DNA from: an uncultured Devosia sp.
Lineage (GTDB): Bacteria; Pseudomonadota; Alphaproteobacteria; Rhizobiales; Devosiaceae
Length of the DNA: 56,926 nt
Assembly: GCA_965650055.1 (NCBI GenBank)
Contig: CBFGMY010000001.1
Span: forward strand, 1-56,926
Direction: 5' to 3'
This document shows, piece after piece, positions 29,734 to 38,643 of this stretch; within the stretch, counting starts at the first letter, position 1, and each line of letters starts with the position of its first letter. Both the position numbers and the translations under genes were made by a program. The notes below the pieces were generated by a model that saw only the letters and a program-made list of their open reading frames with translations, was not told the origin of the DNA and searched no databases.

Positions 29734-31023
29734 TTGTCCCGCACCGACGCGATCCTCAAGCGCCTCCCCGGATTGCACCCCAAGCTGATCGACCTCAGCC
29801 TTGATCGCATCGAGCCCCTGCTCGACCGCCTCGGCCGCCCGCAGGACCGCCTGCCTTCAGTCATTCATGTCGCCGGCACCAACGGCAAGGGCTCGACCAT
29901 TGCCTATCTGCGCGCCTTTCTGGAAGCCGCCGGCCTGCGCGTCCACGTCTACACCTCGCCCCATCTGGTGCGGTTCAACGAGCGCATCCGCCTGGCCGGC
30001 AAGCTGGTGTCGACCCGGCGCCTCAATGCAACCCTGCAGCAGGTCGAGGCGCTCAACGGCGGCGAAGGCATCACGCTGTTTGAGATCACCACAGCCGCGG
30101 CGCTGAAACTCTTCGCCGAAACCCCCGCCGATTTCCTGCTGCTCGAAACCGGGATGGGCGGGCGCTACGACACGACCAATGTGGTTACCAGGCCGCTGGG
30201 CACCATCATCACCCCCATCGATATCGACCATCAGGAATTCCTCGGCCAGACGCTGGCCGAGATCGCCGATGCCAAGGCCGGCATCCTCAAGCGCGGCTCC
30301 GCCGCCGTCATCGGCATCCAGCGTCCCGAAGCGCATGACGTCCTCGCCACAAATGCTGCCGATCTGGGCGTCACCCCGCTGTGGCAGGGCGATGATTTCT
30401 CCGCCCGCCGCCAGGGCGAGCGCCTGCTTTTTGCCGACCAGGCCGGCACACTCGACCTCCCTGCACCCGGCCTGTCCGGGCCGCATCAGTTCGACAATGC
30501 CGCCCTCGCCATCGCCGCCACCCGGCATTTCGGCCTGCCTGTCAGTGACGACGCCATCGCGCGCGGCTTGCGCCACGTGGTCTGGCCCGCTCGCATGCAG
30601 CCCATCACGCACGGCCGTCTGCGCGATCTGCTGCCATCAGGCCACGAGGTCTGGCTTGATGGCGGCCACAATGCCCACGGCGCCGCGGCCATCGCTCGCA
30701 GCATTGCCGCCTTGCCCGAGCGTCCGCTCGTGTTGATCATGGGCATGATGAATACGCGTGATCCCGCGCTCTTCCTCGAACCTTTCCGCCCGCTCAAACC
30801 CCAGATGGTGCTGACGCTGACCATTCCCGGCGAAAAGAACGCCCATCCCGCGCAGGCCATTGCCAAGGCGGGCGCCGCGGCGGGCTTTCCGGCGCAGCCG
30901 CAAGGGTCCATACGGTCAGCGCTCGAACAGGCTGCGAGCGTCCACAATGCCCGCGTGCTGATTTGCGGATCGCTCTATCTTGCCGGCCACGTTCTGGCGC
31001 AAAACGGCACCCTGCCCGACTGA
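29734..31023 (+). CDS. folC: folylpolyglutamate synthase / dihydrofolate synthase
   Basis: HVAGTNGKGS, YTSPHLVRFNERI, ETGMGGRYDTTN, DGGHN, CGSLYLAG; TTG start after GGAG. Confidence 0.92.
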   Translation: MSRTDAILKRLPGLHPKLIDLSLDRIEPLLDRLGRPQDRLPSVIHVAGTNGKGSTIAYLRAFLEAAGLRVHVYTSPHLVRFNERIRLAGKLVSTRRLNATLQQVEALNGGEGITLFEITTAAALKLFAETPADFLLLETGMGGRYDTTNVVTRPLGTIITPIDIDHQEFLGQTLAEIADAKAGILKRGSAAVIGIQRPEAHDVLATNAADLGVTPLWQGDDFSARRQGERLLFADQAGTLDLPAPGLSGPHQFDNAALAIAATRHFGLPVSDDAIARGLRHVVWPARMQPITHGRLRDLLPSGHEVWLDGGHNAHGAAAIARSIAALPERPLVLIMGMMNTRDPALFLEPFRPLKPQMVLTLTIPGEKNAHPAQAIAKAGAAAGFPAQPQGSIRSALEQAASVHNARVLICGSLYLAGHVLAQNGTLPD

Positions 31024-31045
31024 ATTCCTACCTGAGGCTTTTCCT

Positions 31046-31552
31046 ATGACTGACGCCCGCGCCGCTCTCGACGCCCTGCTTGCCGAACTGGACATCACCC
31101 CGGTCGCCATCGAGCATCCCCCCGTTCACACGGTCGAAGAGGCCCTGCCCTATTGGAGCGCCCTCGAAGGCGTCCACACCAAGAACCTGCTGCTCAAGGG
31201 CGCCAAGGGTGGTCTCTGGCTGGTCTGCGTTCCCACCGATCGTCGCCTCGATCTCAAGGCGCTTGCCACCCATGTCGGCGCCAAGAAATTCTCCTTTGCC
31301 AGCGGCGAGACGCTGCTCGAGGCGCTGAGCGTGGTTCAGGGTTCGGTCAGCCCGCTGGCGCTGATCAACGACAAAGCCCAGGCCGTGCAGCTGGTGCTCG
31401 CCGCCGACATGATGAGCAAGCCCCGCATCACGGTGCATCCGCTGGTCAATACGGCCACCGTTTCCCTCACAAGCGCGGAACTGCTCAAATTCGTCGCCGC
31501 AACCGGCCACCGGGCGGAGATTGTCGATTTCGACCGTCTTCCCGTCAGCTGA
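31046..31552 (+). CDS. YbaK/ProX-family aminoacyl-tRNA deacylase (PrdX/ProXp-ala-like)
   Basis: HPPVHTVEEA, HTKNLLLK (catalytic Lys), GSVSPLAL (GxxxP loop), HPLVNTAT. Confidence 0.85.
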   Translation: MTDARAALDALLAELDITPVAIEHPPVHTVEEALPYWSALEGVHTKNLLLKGAKGGLWLVCVPTDRRLDLKALATHVGAKKFSFASGETLLEALSVVQGSVSPLALINDKAQAVQLVLAADMMSKPRITVHPLVNTATVSLTSAELLKFVAATGHRAEIVDFDRLPVS

Positions 31553-31555
31553 GGG

Positions 31556-32512
31556 CTACACCGCCGCCTTGCGCTCGTTGCTGGGCGTATGGCCGAAATG
31601 GTCGAGATAGCTCTGCGAAAAGTATGACGCCGAGCTGAAGCCGCTGGCCATAGCGACATCCAGAATCGGCATGCGCGTCTGCCGGAGCAACTGGCAGGCG
31701 TGATCGAGCCGGATCTTTATGTAATGCCGGTTCGGCGACGTCCCCAGATGCTTGAGGAACAGCCGCTCGAGCTGCCGTGGCGAGACGCCCACGCTGCGGG
31801 CGAACTCCTCCATGGTCTGCGGTCGGTCGATCGCGCGCTGCATCAGCGCGATGACGCGCAGCAGCTTGGGATCGGCAACGCCCAGTCGTGTGCGCATATC
31901 CATGCGCTGCCGTTCGCTGGCCTCGCGCACCCGGTGCAGGATGAGCTGATCGGTGACCGCCGTTGCGACGACCTCGCCGTGGTCACGCTTGATCAGCGAC
32001 AACATCATGTCGGCGGCGGCCACGCCGCCCGCGCAGGTGAAGCGGTCGCGGTCGATCTCGAACAGCTCGTCGCCAATATCGAGATCGGGGAAATCCGCCT
32101 GAATGCCGGGCCTGTTTTCCCAATGGATGGTGCAGCGGAAGCCGTCGAGCAATCCGGCCTTGGCAAGCACATAGGTGCCGGTACACACCGCTCCGAGCTC
32201 CGCACCAAACTTGTTCAGCCGCCGCACGACCGTGATGAGATCGCGGTGGTCGACCAGTTGCACGTCCACACCTGCGCAAACGACCACTGCGTCCATATTG
32301 GGCGCGTCGCGAAACGACCTGTCGACGCCGACAGCCACGCCGTTGGAGGCCACGGCGGTCTTGCCGTCGGCAGAATACAAATGCCAGGCATAGAGCGGCC
32401 TGCCGGTCGCCCGATTGGCCAGTCGCAATGCCTCGATCGCGGCCGTAAAGGCGATCATGGAGAACTGTTCGGTGAGCATGAAGCCGAACACCTGCGGACT
32501 CGAACGCGGCAC
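31556..32512 (-). CDS. GlxA/GbdR-family AraC regulator
   Basis: FSMIAFTAAIEALRLAN, CTGTYVLA, TIHWEN, RQLERLF. Start placed at GTG 32512 (uncertain) because the region further upstream holds an operator. Confidence 0.88.
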   Translation of the reverse strand: MPRSSPQVFGFMLTEQFSMIAFTAAIEALRLANRATGRPLYAWHLYSADGKTAVASNGVAVGVDRSFRDAPNMDAVVVCAGVDVQLVDHRDLITVVRRLNKFGAELGAVCTGTYVLAKAGLLDGFRCTIHWENRPGIQADFPDLDIGDELFEIDRDRFTCAGGVAAADMMLSLIKRDHGEVVATAVTDQLILHRVREASERQRMDMRTRLGVADPKLLRVIALMQRAIDRPQTMEEFARSVGVSPRQLERLFLKHLGTSPNRHYIKIRLDHACQLLRQTRMPILDVAMASGFSSASYFSQSYLDHFGHTPSNERKAAV

Positions 32513-32532
32513 ATCAGCCCCCGGCAAGATAA

Positions 32533-32574
32533 TGTCGCAAAATCTAAAGCAGCTGTCGCCCTGCATCAAGACAA
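32533..32574 (+). promoter_or_regulatory. tandem GlxA-family binding site (TGTCGC-N8-AA-N5 x2)
   Basis: TGTCGC AAAATCTA AA GCAGC TGTCGC CCTGCATC AA GACAA: two direct repeats 21 bp apart, matching the Pseudomonas ArgR half-site consensus. Confidence 0.7.
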
Positions 32575-32625
32575 AGCGGCAAAAAGCGAGGACGCTGCCC
32601 TTATCTCGGTTGAGGAGAGATCTGC

Positions 32626-33882
32626 ATGCTCAATAAGGCCCCCACACTGGAAGCGCTCGTCCATGGTCGCAAGCCCGGCCATAGTCTTGATGCGCCCTTC
32701 TACACCTCGCCCGAGGTGTTCGAGGCCGATATGGAAGCCATCTTCTATCGGCACTGGATCTATGTCGGCGTCGAGCCCGACGTGCCGGAGCCGGGCGATG
32801 TCGCCACCGTCAATATCGGCAAGGCCTCGGTCCTCATCATCCGCGACGACGACAATGAAATCCGCGCTTTCCACAATGTGTGCCGCCATCGTGGTGCCCG
32901 CCTGATCGACGAGGAAAAGGCCACGGTCGGCAACCTCGTCTGCCGCTACCACTCGTGGACCTATGGCCTGGACGGCCGCCTGATGCATGCGCCGCATATG
33001 GGCGCCGATTTCGATGCCTCCTGCAAGGGCCTCAAGCCCGTGCATCTGCGCTCGCTCGAAGGCCTGCTCTTCATCTGCCTCGCCGAAAATCCGCCTGAGG
33101 ATTTCGACGACGTTGCCGCCCGCATGGGGCCCTATATCGCCCCCCACAAGGTGCGCGAAACCAAGATTGCCTACCAGAGCGACCTGATCGAGAAGGGCAA
33201 CTGGAAGCTGACCATCGAAAACAACCGCGAATGCTACCACTGCGAGGCCAACCATCCCGAGCTGACGGTGCCGCTGTTTGCCTATGGCTTCGGCTTCGCG
33301 CCCGAGGAGATGGACCCGCTCGACCTCGAAAATGCCCAGCGCTACGACGCCCTGCGCAAGACCAGCCATGCCGAGTGGGAAAGCATGGGCCTGCCCTCTC
33401 GCGAAATCGAGGAGCTCGATAGCCGCGTCACCGGCTTCCGCACCGAGCGCCTGCCGCTCGACGGCAACGGCGAGAGCCACACCATGGATACCCGCGCTGC
33501 CTGCCGCATTCCGCTGGGCGCCTTCACCAATGCCAAGCTGGGCGGCCTGTCCTTCTGGACCCAGCCCAATTCCTGGCACCATTTCCTGGGTGATCACATC
33601 GTCACCTTCTCGTCGCTGCCGTTGGACGAGGGGCATACCCTGGTGCGCACCAAGTGGCTGGTGAACAAGGACGCCGTGGAAGGCGTCGACTACGACATTG
33701 CCAACCTCATCGAGGTGTGGACGGCCACCAACCAGCAGGATGCGGCGCTGGTGGAAATGTGCCAGCGCGGCGCCGAGAACCCCGCCTATGAGCCCGGCCC
33801 ATACTCCCCCAATACCGAGATGCTGGTGGAGAAATTCCAGCGCTGGTACATCGGCCGCATGGCCGCACATCTGGGTGCCTGA
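32626..33882 (+). CDS. Rieske non-heme iron oxygenase alpha subunit (glycine/proline betaine N-demethylase, GbcA/Stc2-like)
   Basis: CRHRG and CRYHSW Rieske ligands, NWKLTIENNRECYHC, TNQQD, YEPGPYS. Confidence 0.9.
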   Translation: MLNKAPTLEALVHGRKPGHSLDAPFYTSPEVFEADMEAIFYRHWIYVGVEPDVPEPGDVATVNIGKASVLIIRDDDNEIRAFHNVCRHRGARLIDEEKATVGNLVCRYHSWTYGLDGRLMHAPHMGADFDASCKGLKPVHLRSLEGLLFICLAENPPEDFDDVAARMGPYIAPHKVRETKIAYQSDLIEKGNWKLTIENNRECYHCEANHPELTVPLFAYGFGFAPEEMDPLDLENAQRYDALRKTSHAEWESMGLPSREIEELDSRVTGFRTERLPLDGNGESHTMDTRAACRIPLGAFTNAKLGGLSFWTQPNSWHHFLGDHIVTFSSLPLDEGHTLVRTKWLVNKDAVEGVDYDIANLIEVWTATNQQDAALVEMCQRGAENPAYEPGPYSPNTEMLVEKFQRWYIGRMAAHLGA

Positions 33883-33884
33883 GC

Positions 33885-34997
33885 ATGACTTCGTCACTGG
33901 GCGACGCGAACCGGCTCGAACTCGCATCCAACCTCTGGGATAGCGAGGCCGACGATACGCTGGTCTGCCGCGCCGTGCGGCAGGAGACGCATGACGTCAA
34001 GACTTTCGTGCTGACGCCGGCCACGCCCGGGCGTTTCAACTTTCAGCCGGGTCAGTTCATGACCTATGCCTTCGAGATCGGCGGCGAGACCATCCACCGC
34101 TGCTACACCATCTCGGCGGCCCCGACCCGGCCCAACGCCATTTCGCTCACGGTCAAGCGCGTGCCGAATGGACCGGTCTCCAACTGGCTGCATGACAATC
34201 TCAAGCCCGGCATGTCGGTCAAGGCGCTGGGGCCGATGGGGAGCTTTACCTGCTTCGCCCACCCGGCATCGCGCTACCTCTTCCTGTCGGGCGGCAGCGG
34301 CATCACCCCGCTGATGTCCATGGCGCGGACCTATCACGACCTTGCCGAGCCCAAGGACATCGTTTTCGTCCACTCGGCCCGCACGGTGACCGACATCATT
34401 TTCCGCGAGGAACTGGAGTTGATGGCGCGAATGTCGCCCAGCTTCAAGTTCGTGCCGATCTGCGAGGCAGCCAACCCACTGGCGGCCTATAGCGGGCTGA
34501 CGGGCCGCCTGTCGCTGGACCAGATCAAGCTGATCGCACCGGACTTCATGAACCGCGAAATCTTCGTCTGCGGCCCGCCACCCTACATGGCCGCGGTGCG
34601 CAAGATGCTCGACGACGCGGGCTTCGACATGAAGCACCACCACGAGGAAAGCTTCAACTTCGAAACCCTGTCCGCCGCCGAACAGGCCGAGGCGATCGAG
34701 GGCGAAATCGCGCTCGACGCGCCGGAGACGGTCAGGACGTTCAAGGTCGAATTCACCAAGACCCGCCGCAGCATCGACGTCCCTGATAATATGACGGTGC
34801 TCGAGGCAGCAAAGCGCGCCGGGATGCGGCTGCCCTCTTCCTGCACCCAGGGATTGTGTGGCACCTGCAAGTCCAAGAAGGTTTCGGGCACGATCGAGAT
34901 GAACCACCAGGGTGGTATCCGTCAGCGCGAAATCGACGCCGGCATGATGCTGCTGTGCTGTTCCAAGCCCACCAGCGACCTGGTGATCGAACGCTAG
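33885..34997 (+). CDS. FNR-type reductase with C-terminal 2Fe-2S (GbcB-like)
   Basis: RCYTIS, GGSGITPLMSM, FVCGP, CTQGLCGTC...CC. Confidence 0.9.
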   Translation: MTSSLGDANRLELASNLWDSEADDTLVCRAVRQETHDVKTFVLTPATPGRFNFQPGQFMTYAFEIGGETIHRCYTISAAPTRPNAISLTVKRVPNGPVSNWLHDNLKPGMSVKALGPMGSFTCFAHPASRYLFLSGGSGITPLMSMARTYHDLAEPKDIVFVHSARTVTDIIFREELELMARMSPSFKFVPICEAANPLAAYSGLTGRLSLDQIKLIAPDFMNREIFVCGPPPYMAAVRKMLDDAGFDMKHHHEESFNFETLSAAEQAEAIEGEIALDAPETVRTFKVEFTKTRRSIDVPDNMTVLEAAKRAGMRLPSSCTQGLCGTCKSKKVSGTIEMNHQGGIRQREIDAGMMLLCCSKPTSDLVIER

Positions 34998-35009
34998 ATC
35001 GGAATCCAC

Positions 35010-36239
35010 TTGTCCAACCCGTCCGACGCGAAGTCACCGTACCTGCTTCTGTCGGCGCTGTTGATCAGCGAAGTCCTGTTCGTCACCGGCTATGGCCTGC
35101 AGCTGATGCTGCTGCCTATTCGCGGCGGCATGGAAGGGTTCTCGGCAATCGATTTGGGCCTCTTGGGCTCCAGTTACTATCTCGGCTTCGTCGCGGGCTG
35201 CCTGCTCACTCCGCTTTTGCTGAGCCGCGTCGGCCATACGCGCACCTTCGCCGCCCTGGTATCGATTACCGCCGCCGTGTCGCTCTGCTATCCCATGCTG
35301 GCGCAGCCACAATTCTGGGCCCTGCTCCGCTTCATCACCGGCATATGCCTGGCCGGTCTCTACCTCATCATCGAAAGCTGGATCAACGACCGGGCGACGT
35401 CCTCGACACGCGGAACGATGATCTCGATCTACGTCGCTCTGAACTATGTGGCGACCGCCGTCGGACAGATGATGGTGACGCTCTACGATACCTCGTCCTT
35501 CATGCTGTTCTCGGTCGCGTCGATCGTCATTTCCAGTGCCGCCGTGCCGCTGGCGCTGTCGCGTTCGCCGGCGCCACAGCCGCCAAAGCTGGTGCGACTT
35601 CGCCCCCTGCATCTGTTCAAGCTGTCGCCGGCGGGCACCACGGCCATCTTCCTGCTTGGCCTGGCCACCAGCGCGCTGTGGGCCCTCGGCCCGGTCTTTG
35701 CGCTCGCCAAGACGGGTGACCTGGCGTCGGCGGCCCAGTTCATGAGCGCCGTCGTGGCCGGCGGTGCCCTGGCCCAATGGCCGCTGGGCAAGCTGTCGGA
35801 TCGGTTCGACCGCCGCCACGTGCTGATCGGGATTACCCTGGCGGCATCGATCGCCTGCGTGACCGTCGCCATCCTGCCCCAGCTGGGCGGGCCCTGGCTT
35901 ATCGTCGCGGCCCTGTTTGGAGCGACTATCCTGCCCAGCTATGCCGTCGCCTCGGCCCATGTTTTCGACGTGGCCGACCGCAGCGAGTATGTGCAGGTCT
36001 CCGGTGGGCTGCTTCTGCTCTATGGCATCGGCTCCACCCTCGGGCCATCGCTGGCCGCGGTGGCCGTGGAGTGGTTTGGGCCCTCCTCGCTCGCCGTCTT
36101 CATTGCGCTTGTGCAACTCACCATCGTCGCCTTTGTCGTCGCACGGATGCGGCTCAACAAGGCGCAGGTCGTTGAGGCGAAGCGAACGTTCGACGCTACT
36201 GCCGCTGCGCCAGTGGGCCTCTTCAGTCGCAAGCCGTAA
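35010..36239 (+). CDS. MFS transporter (YcaD-like)
   Basis: About 12 hydrophobic segments, RVGHTRTF, IIESWIN, GKLSDRFDRR. Confidence 0.85.
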   Translation: MSNPSDAKSPYLLLSALLISEVLFVTGYGLQLMLLPIRGGMEGFSAIDLGLLGSSYYLGFVAGCLLTPLLLSRVGHTRTFAALVSITAAVSLCYPMLAQPQFWALLRFITGICLAGLYLIIESWINDRATSSTRGTMISIYVALNYVATAVGQMMVTLYDTSSFMLFSVASIVISSAAVPLALSRSPAPQPPKLVRLRPLHLFKLSPAGTTAIFLLGLATSALWALGPVFALAKTGDLASAAQFMSAVVAGGALAQWPLGKLSDRFDRRHVLIGITLAASIACVTVAILPQLGGPWLIVAALFGATILPSYAVASAHVFDVADRSEYVQVSGGLLLLYGIGSTLGPSLAAVAVEWFGPSSLAVFIALVQLTIVAFVVARMRLNKAQVVEAKRTFDATAAAPVGLFSRKP

Positions 36240-36661
36240 GACCCCGGTTGTCTGCCGCACCAGTGATCGAGACCCGGCAGGTCCATGCCGGCGGCTATGT
36301 CTCGAAACAACCGCGCAGGTGTCGCACCAATCCTATTTTCTTCCCCTCCCGCCGTTAAGCTCAACCCAAGCAGCAAGCACGGCCGCGAAAAGGGATATCC
36401 CGAATTCTCAGCCCACTAGCCAGGACTTCTGGCCTTGGAGCCATTCAGAGCTTGCTCTCGACCGCCGTCAGGCGGGCGACCGCAACAGAATTGCCAGGCT
36501 TGCTGCCCGCGGCGCATCGGCGCTTCCAACGAGCCGGAGAAAAATCCGGCCACCGATACCTAGGAGGAGCTAGCCGGGATGCGATCCCCACTCGGCAAGT
36601 CCATAGAAGCGGGATCTCGTGTGGCGGCGCTCCGGTCTGTCCGGCGTCGTGGGAGAAAGCA

Positions 36662-37666
36662 ATGAAGCATTCCATCAAACTGACCTGTCTCGCCCTCGGT
36701 CTGGCGACCATGGGTTCTGCTGCCGTGTATGCCCAGGACTGCAGCGACGTGACCATCGCGTCGATGAACTGGCAGAGCGCGGAGGTTCTTGCGAGCCTCG
36801 ACAAGTTCATCCTCGAGGTTGGCTATGGCTGCACTGTTTCGGTCATTTCTGGCGACACCGTCCCCACCCTGACCTCCATGGCGGAGCGCGGCCAGCCCGA
36901 CATTGCTCCGGAAGCCTGGGTGGATCTCGTTCCCGAAGTCATCGGCCGCGGCCTCGAAGAAGGCAAGCTGGTCGCCACCGGCGCGGCCTTGTCCGACGGC
37001 GCGGTACAGGGCTGGTTCATGCCCCAATACATCGCCGATGCGCATCCTGATATCATCACCATCGGCGACGCCCTCAAGCATCCCGAGCTTTTCCCGGCCC
37101 CCGAAGATGCAAGCAAGGGCGCTGTGTTCAATGGCCCGCAGGGCTGGGGCGGCACCGTCGTCACCACCCAGCTGTTCAAAGCCTACGGCGCCGAGGCTGC
37201 CGGCTTTGAGCTGATCGACACCGGTTCGGCGGCGGGCCTCGACGGCTCCATTGCCCGTGCCTATGAAAACCAGCAGGGCTGGCTCGGCTATTACTGGGCG
37301 CCGACCGCGATCCTTGGTCGCTATCCCATGGTCAAGCTGAACTTCGACGCCGCACACGACGCCGACGAATGGAAGCGCTGCAATTCCAACGCCGACTGCC
37401 CCGATCCCAAGATCAACGAATGGGTCTCCGACAAGGTCCTGACCGTCACCACCACCGCCTTTGCCGAACGCGCCGGCGAACCGGTCATGACCTATCTGGG
37501 CACCCGGTCCTGGTCCAACAAGATCGTCAACAACCTCCTGTCCTGGATGACCGACAACCAGGCGACCGGCGAAGATGGTGCCAAGTACTTCCTTGAAAAC
37601 AACAAGGACATCTGGAGCGTCTGGGTCTCGCCAGAGGCCGCCGCAAAGATCGAAGCAGCACTCTAG
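36662..37666 (+). CDS. glycine betaine/proline betaine ABC substrate-binding protein
   Basis: Signal peptide, IASMNWQSA, GDTVPT, PEAW, GYYWAPT; start placed at ATG 36662. Confidence 0.88.
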   Translation: MKHSIKLTCLALGLATMGSAAVYAQDCSDVTIASMNWQSAEVLASLDKFILEVGYGCTVSVISGDTVPTLTSMAERGQPDIAPEAWVDLVPEVIGRGLEEGKLVATGAALSDGAVQGWFMPQYIADAHPDIITIGDALKHPELFPAPEDASKGAVFNGPQGWGGTVVTTQLFKAYGAEAAGFELIDTGSAAGLDGSIARAYENQQGWLGYYWAPTAILGRYPMVKLNFDAAHDADEWKRCNSNADCPDPKINEWVSDKVLTVTTTAFAERAGEPVMTYLGTRSWSNKIVNNLLSWMTDNQATGEDGAKYFLENNKDIWSVWVSPEAAAKIEAAL

Positions 37667-37693
37667 GCACATCGCTGATCCGAACCTGAAATG

Positions 37694-37721
37694 TCCTGGC
37701 GGCTCTTCGGATCCGCCAGGA
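37694..37721 (+). terminator. stem-loop after the SBP gene
   Basis: TCCTGGCGG...CCGCCAGGA stem followed by TTT. Confidence 0.55.
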
Positions 37722-37755
37722 TTTGAGGGCATCGACAACAGGACGGGGGATCGGA

Positions 37756-38643
37756 ATGGATTGGTTCTGGGCATTTCCACATTTGGACGATGACAGTCTG
37801 CGAACCCTTCGCATGACCGTCGACGACAGCTTTCGCAGCTTCACCCGCGCTTGGGGCGACCCAATCCAGCAAGCCTTCGAGCCCCTCCGGCTGCTGCTCA
37901 TCTATGCCGAGCGGCTGCTGCTGAATACGCCGTGGCCCATTTTCATACTCGTCGTCGGCGCGCTGGCGTGGGCGGCCAGTCGCCAGTGGAAGATCGTTAT
38001 CGGCTCCGTCGCCACCCTCCTGCTCATCGGCTATTTCGATATGTGGGAAGACACGATGCGGACCATTTCGATGATCCTGGTCTGCACCCTGATTTCGCTG
38101 GTCCTGGGCATTCCGATCGGCATTGCCATGGCGCGCTCGAACCGGGTCCAGCGCGTCATCAGTCCCATCCTGGACGTCATGCAGACACTGCCGAGCTTCG
38201 TCTATCTGATCCCCGTGGTCATGCTGCTGGGTATCGGCCGCGTGCCGGGCCTGCTCGCCGTCGTGATCTACGCCGTGCCGCCGATCATCCGCCTTACCGA
38301 CCTGGGCATCCGCCTGGTCAACAAGGAGGTCCTGGAGGCCGCCGACGCGTTCGGATCCTCGCCGTGGCAGAAGCTGATCAACGTCCAGTTGCCCCTGGCC
38401 ATGCCCACCATCATGACCGGTATCAACCAAACCATCATGATGGCACTGGCCATGGTGGTGATCGCTTCGATGATCGGCGTGGAGGGCCTGGGCCAGCCCG
38501 TGCTGCGCGCCATCAACAACCAGTATTTCACCATGGGCATCCTGAACGGATTGGCGATCGTCGGTATCGCCATCATCTTCGATCGTATCAGCCAGGCTTT
38601 CGGGCAACGCATTCAGAAGCATCGGGAGCAGGCGCATGGCTGA
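37756..38643 (+). CDS. betaine ABC transporter permease (ProW-like)
   Basis: ILDVMQTLPSFVYLIP, EVLEAADAFG, GINQTIMMAL. Confidence 0.9.
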   Translation: MDWFWAFPHLDDDSLRTLRMTVDDSFRSFTRAWGDPIQQAFEPLRLLLIYAERLLLNTPWPIFILVVGALAWAASRQWKIVIGSVATLLLIGYFDMWEDTMRTISMILVCTLISLVLGIPIGIAMARSNRVQRVISPILDVMQTLPSFVYLIPVVMLLGIGRVPGLLAVVIYAVPPIIRLTDLGIRLVNKEVLEAADAFGSSPWQKLINVQLPLAMPTIMTGINQTIMMALAMVVIASMIGVEGLGQPVLRAINNQYFTMGILNGLAIVGIAIIFDRISQAFGQRIQKHREQAHG

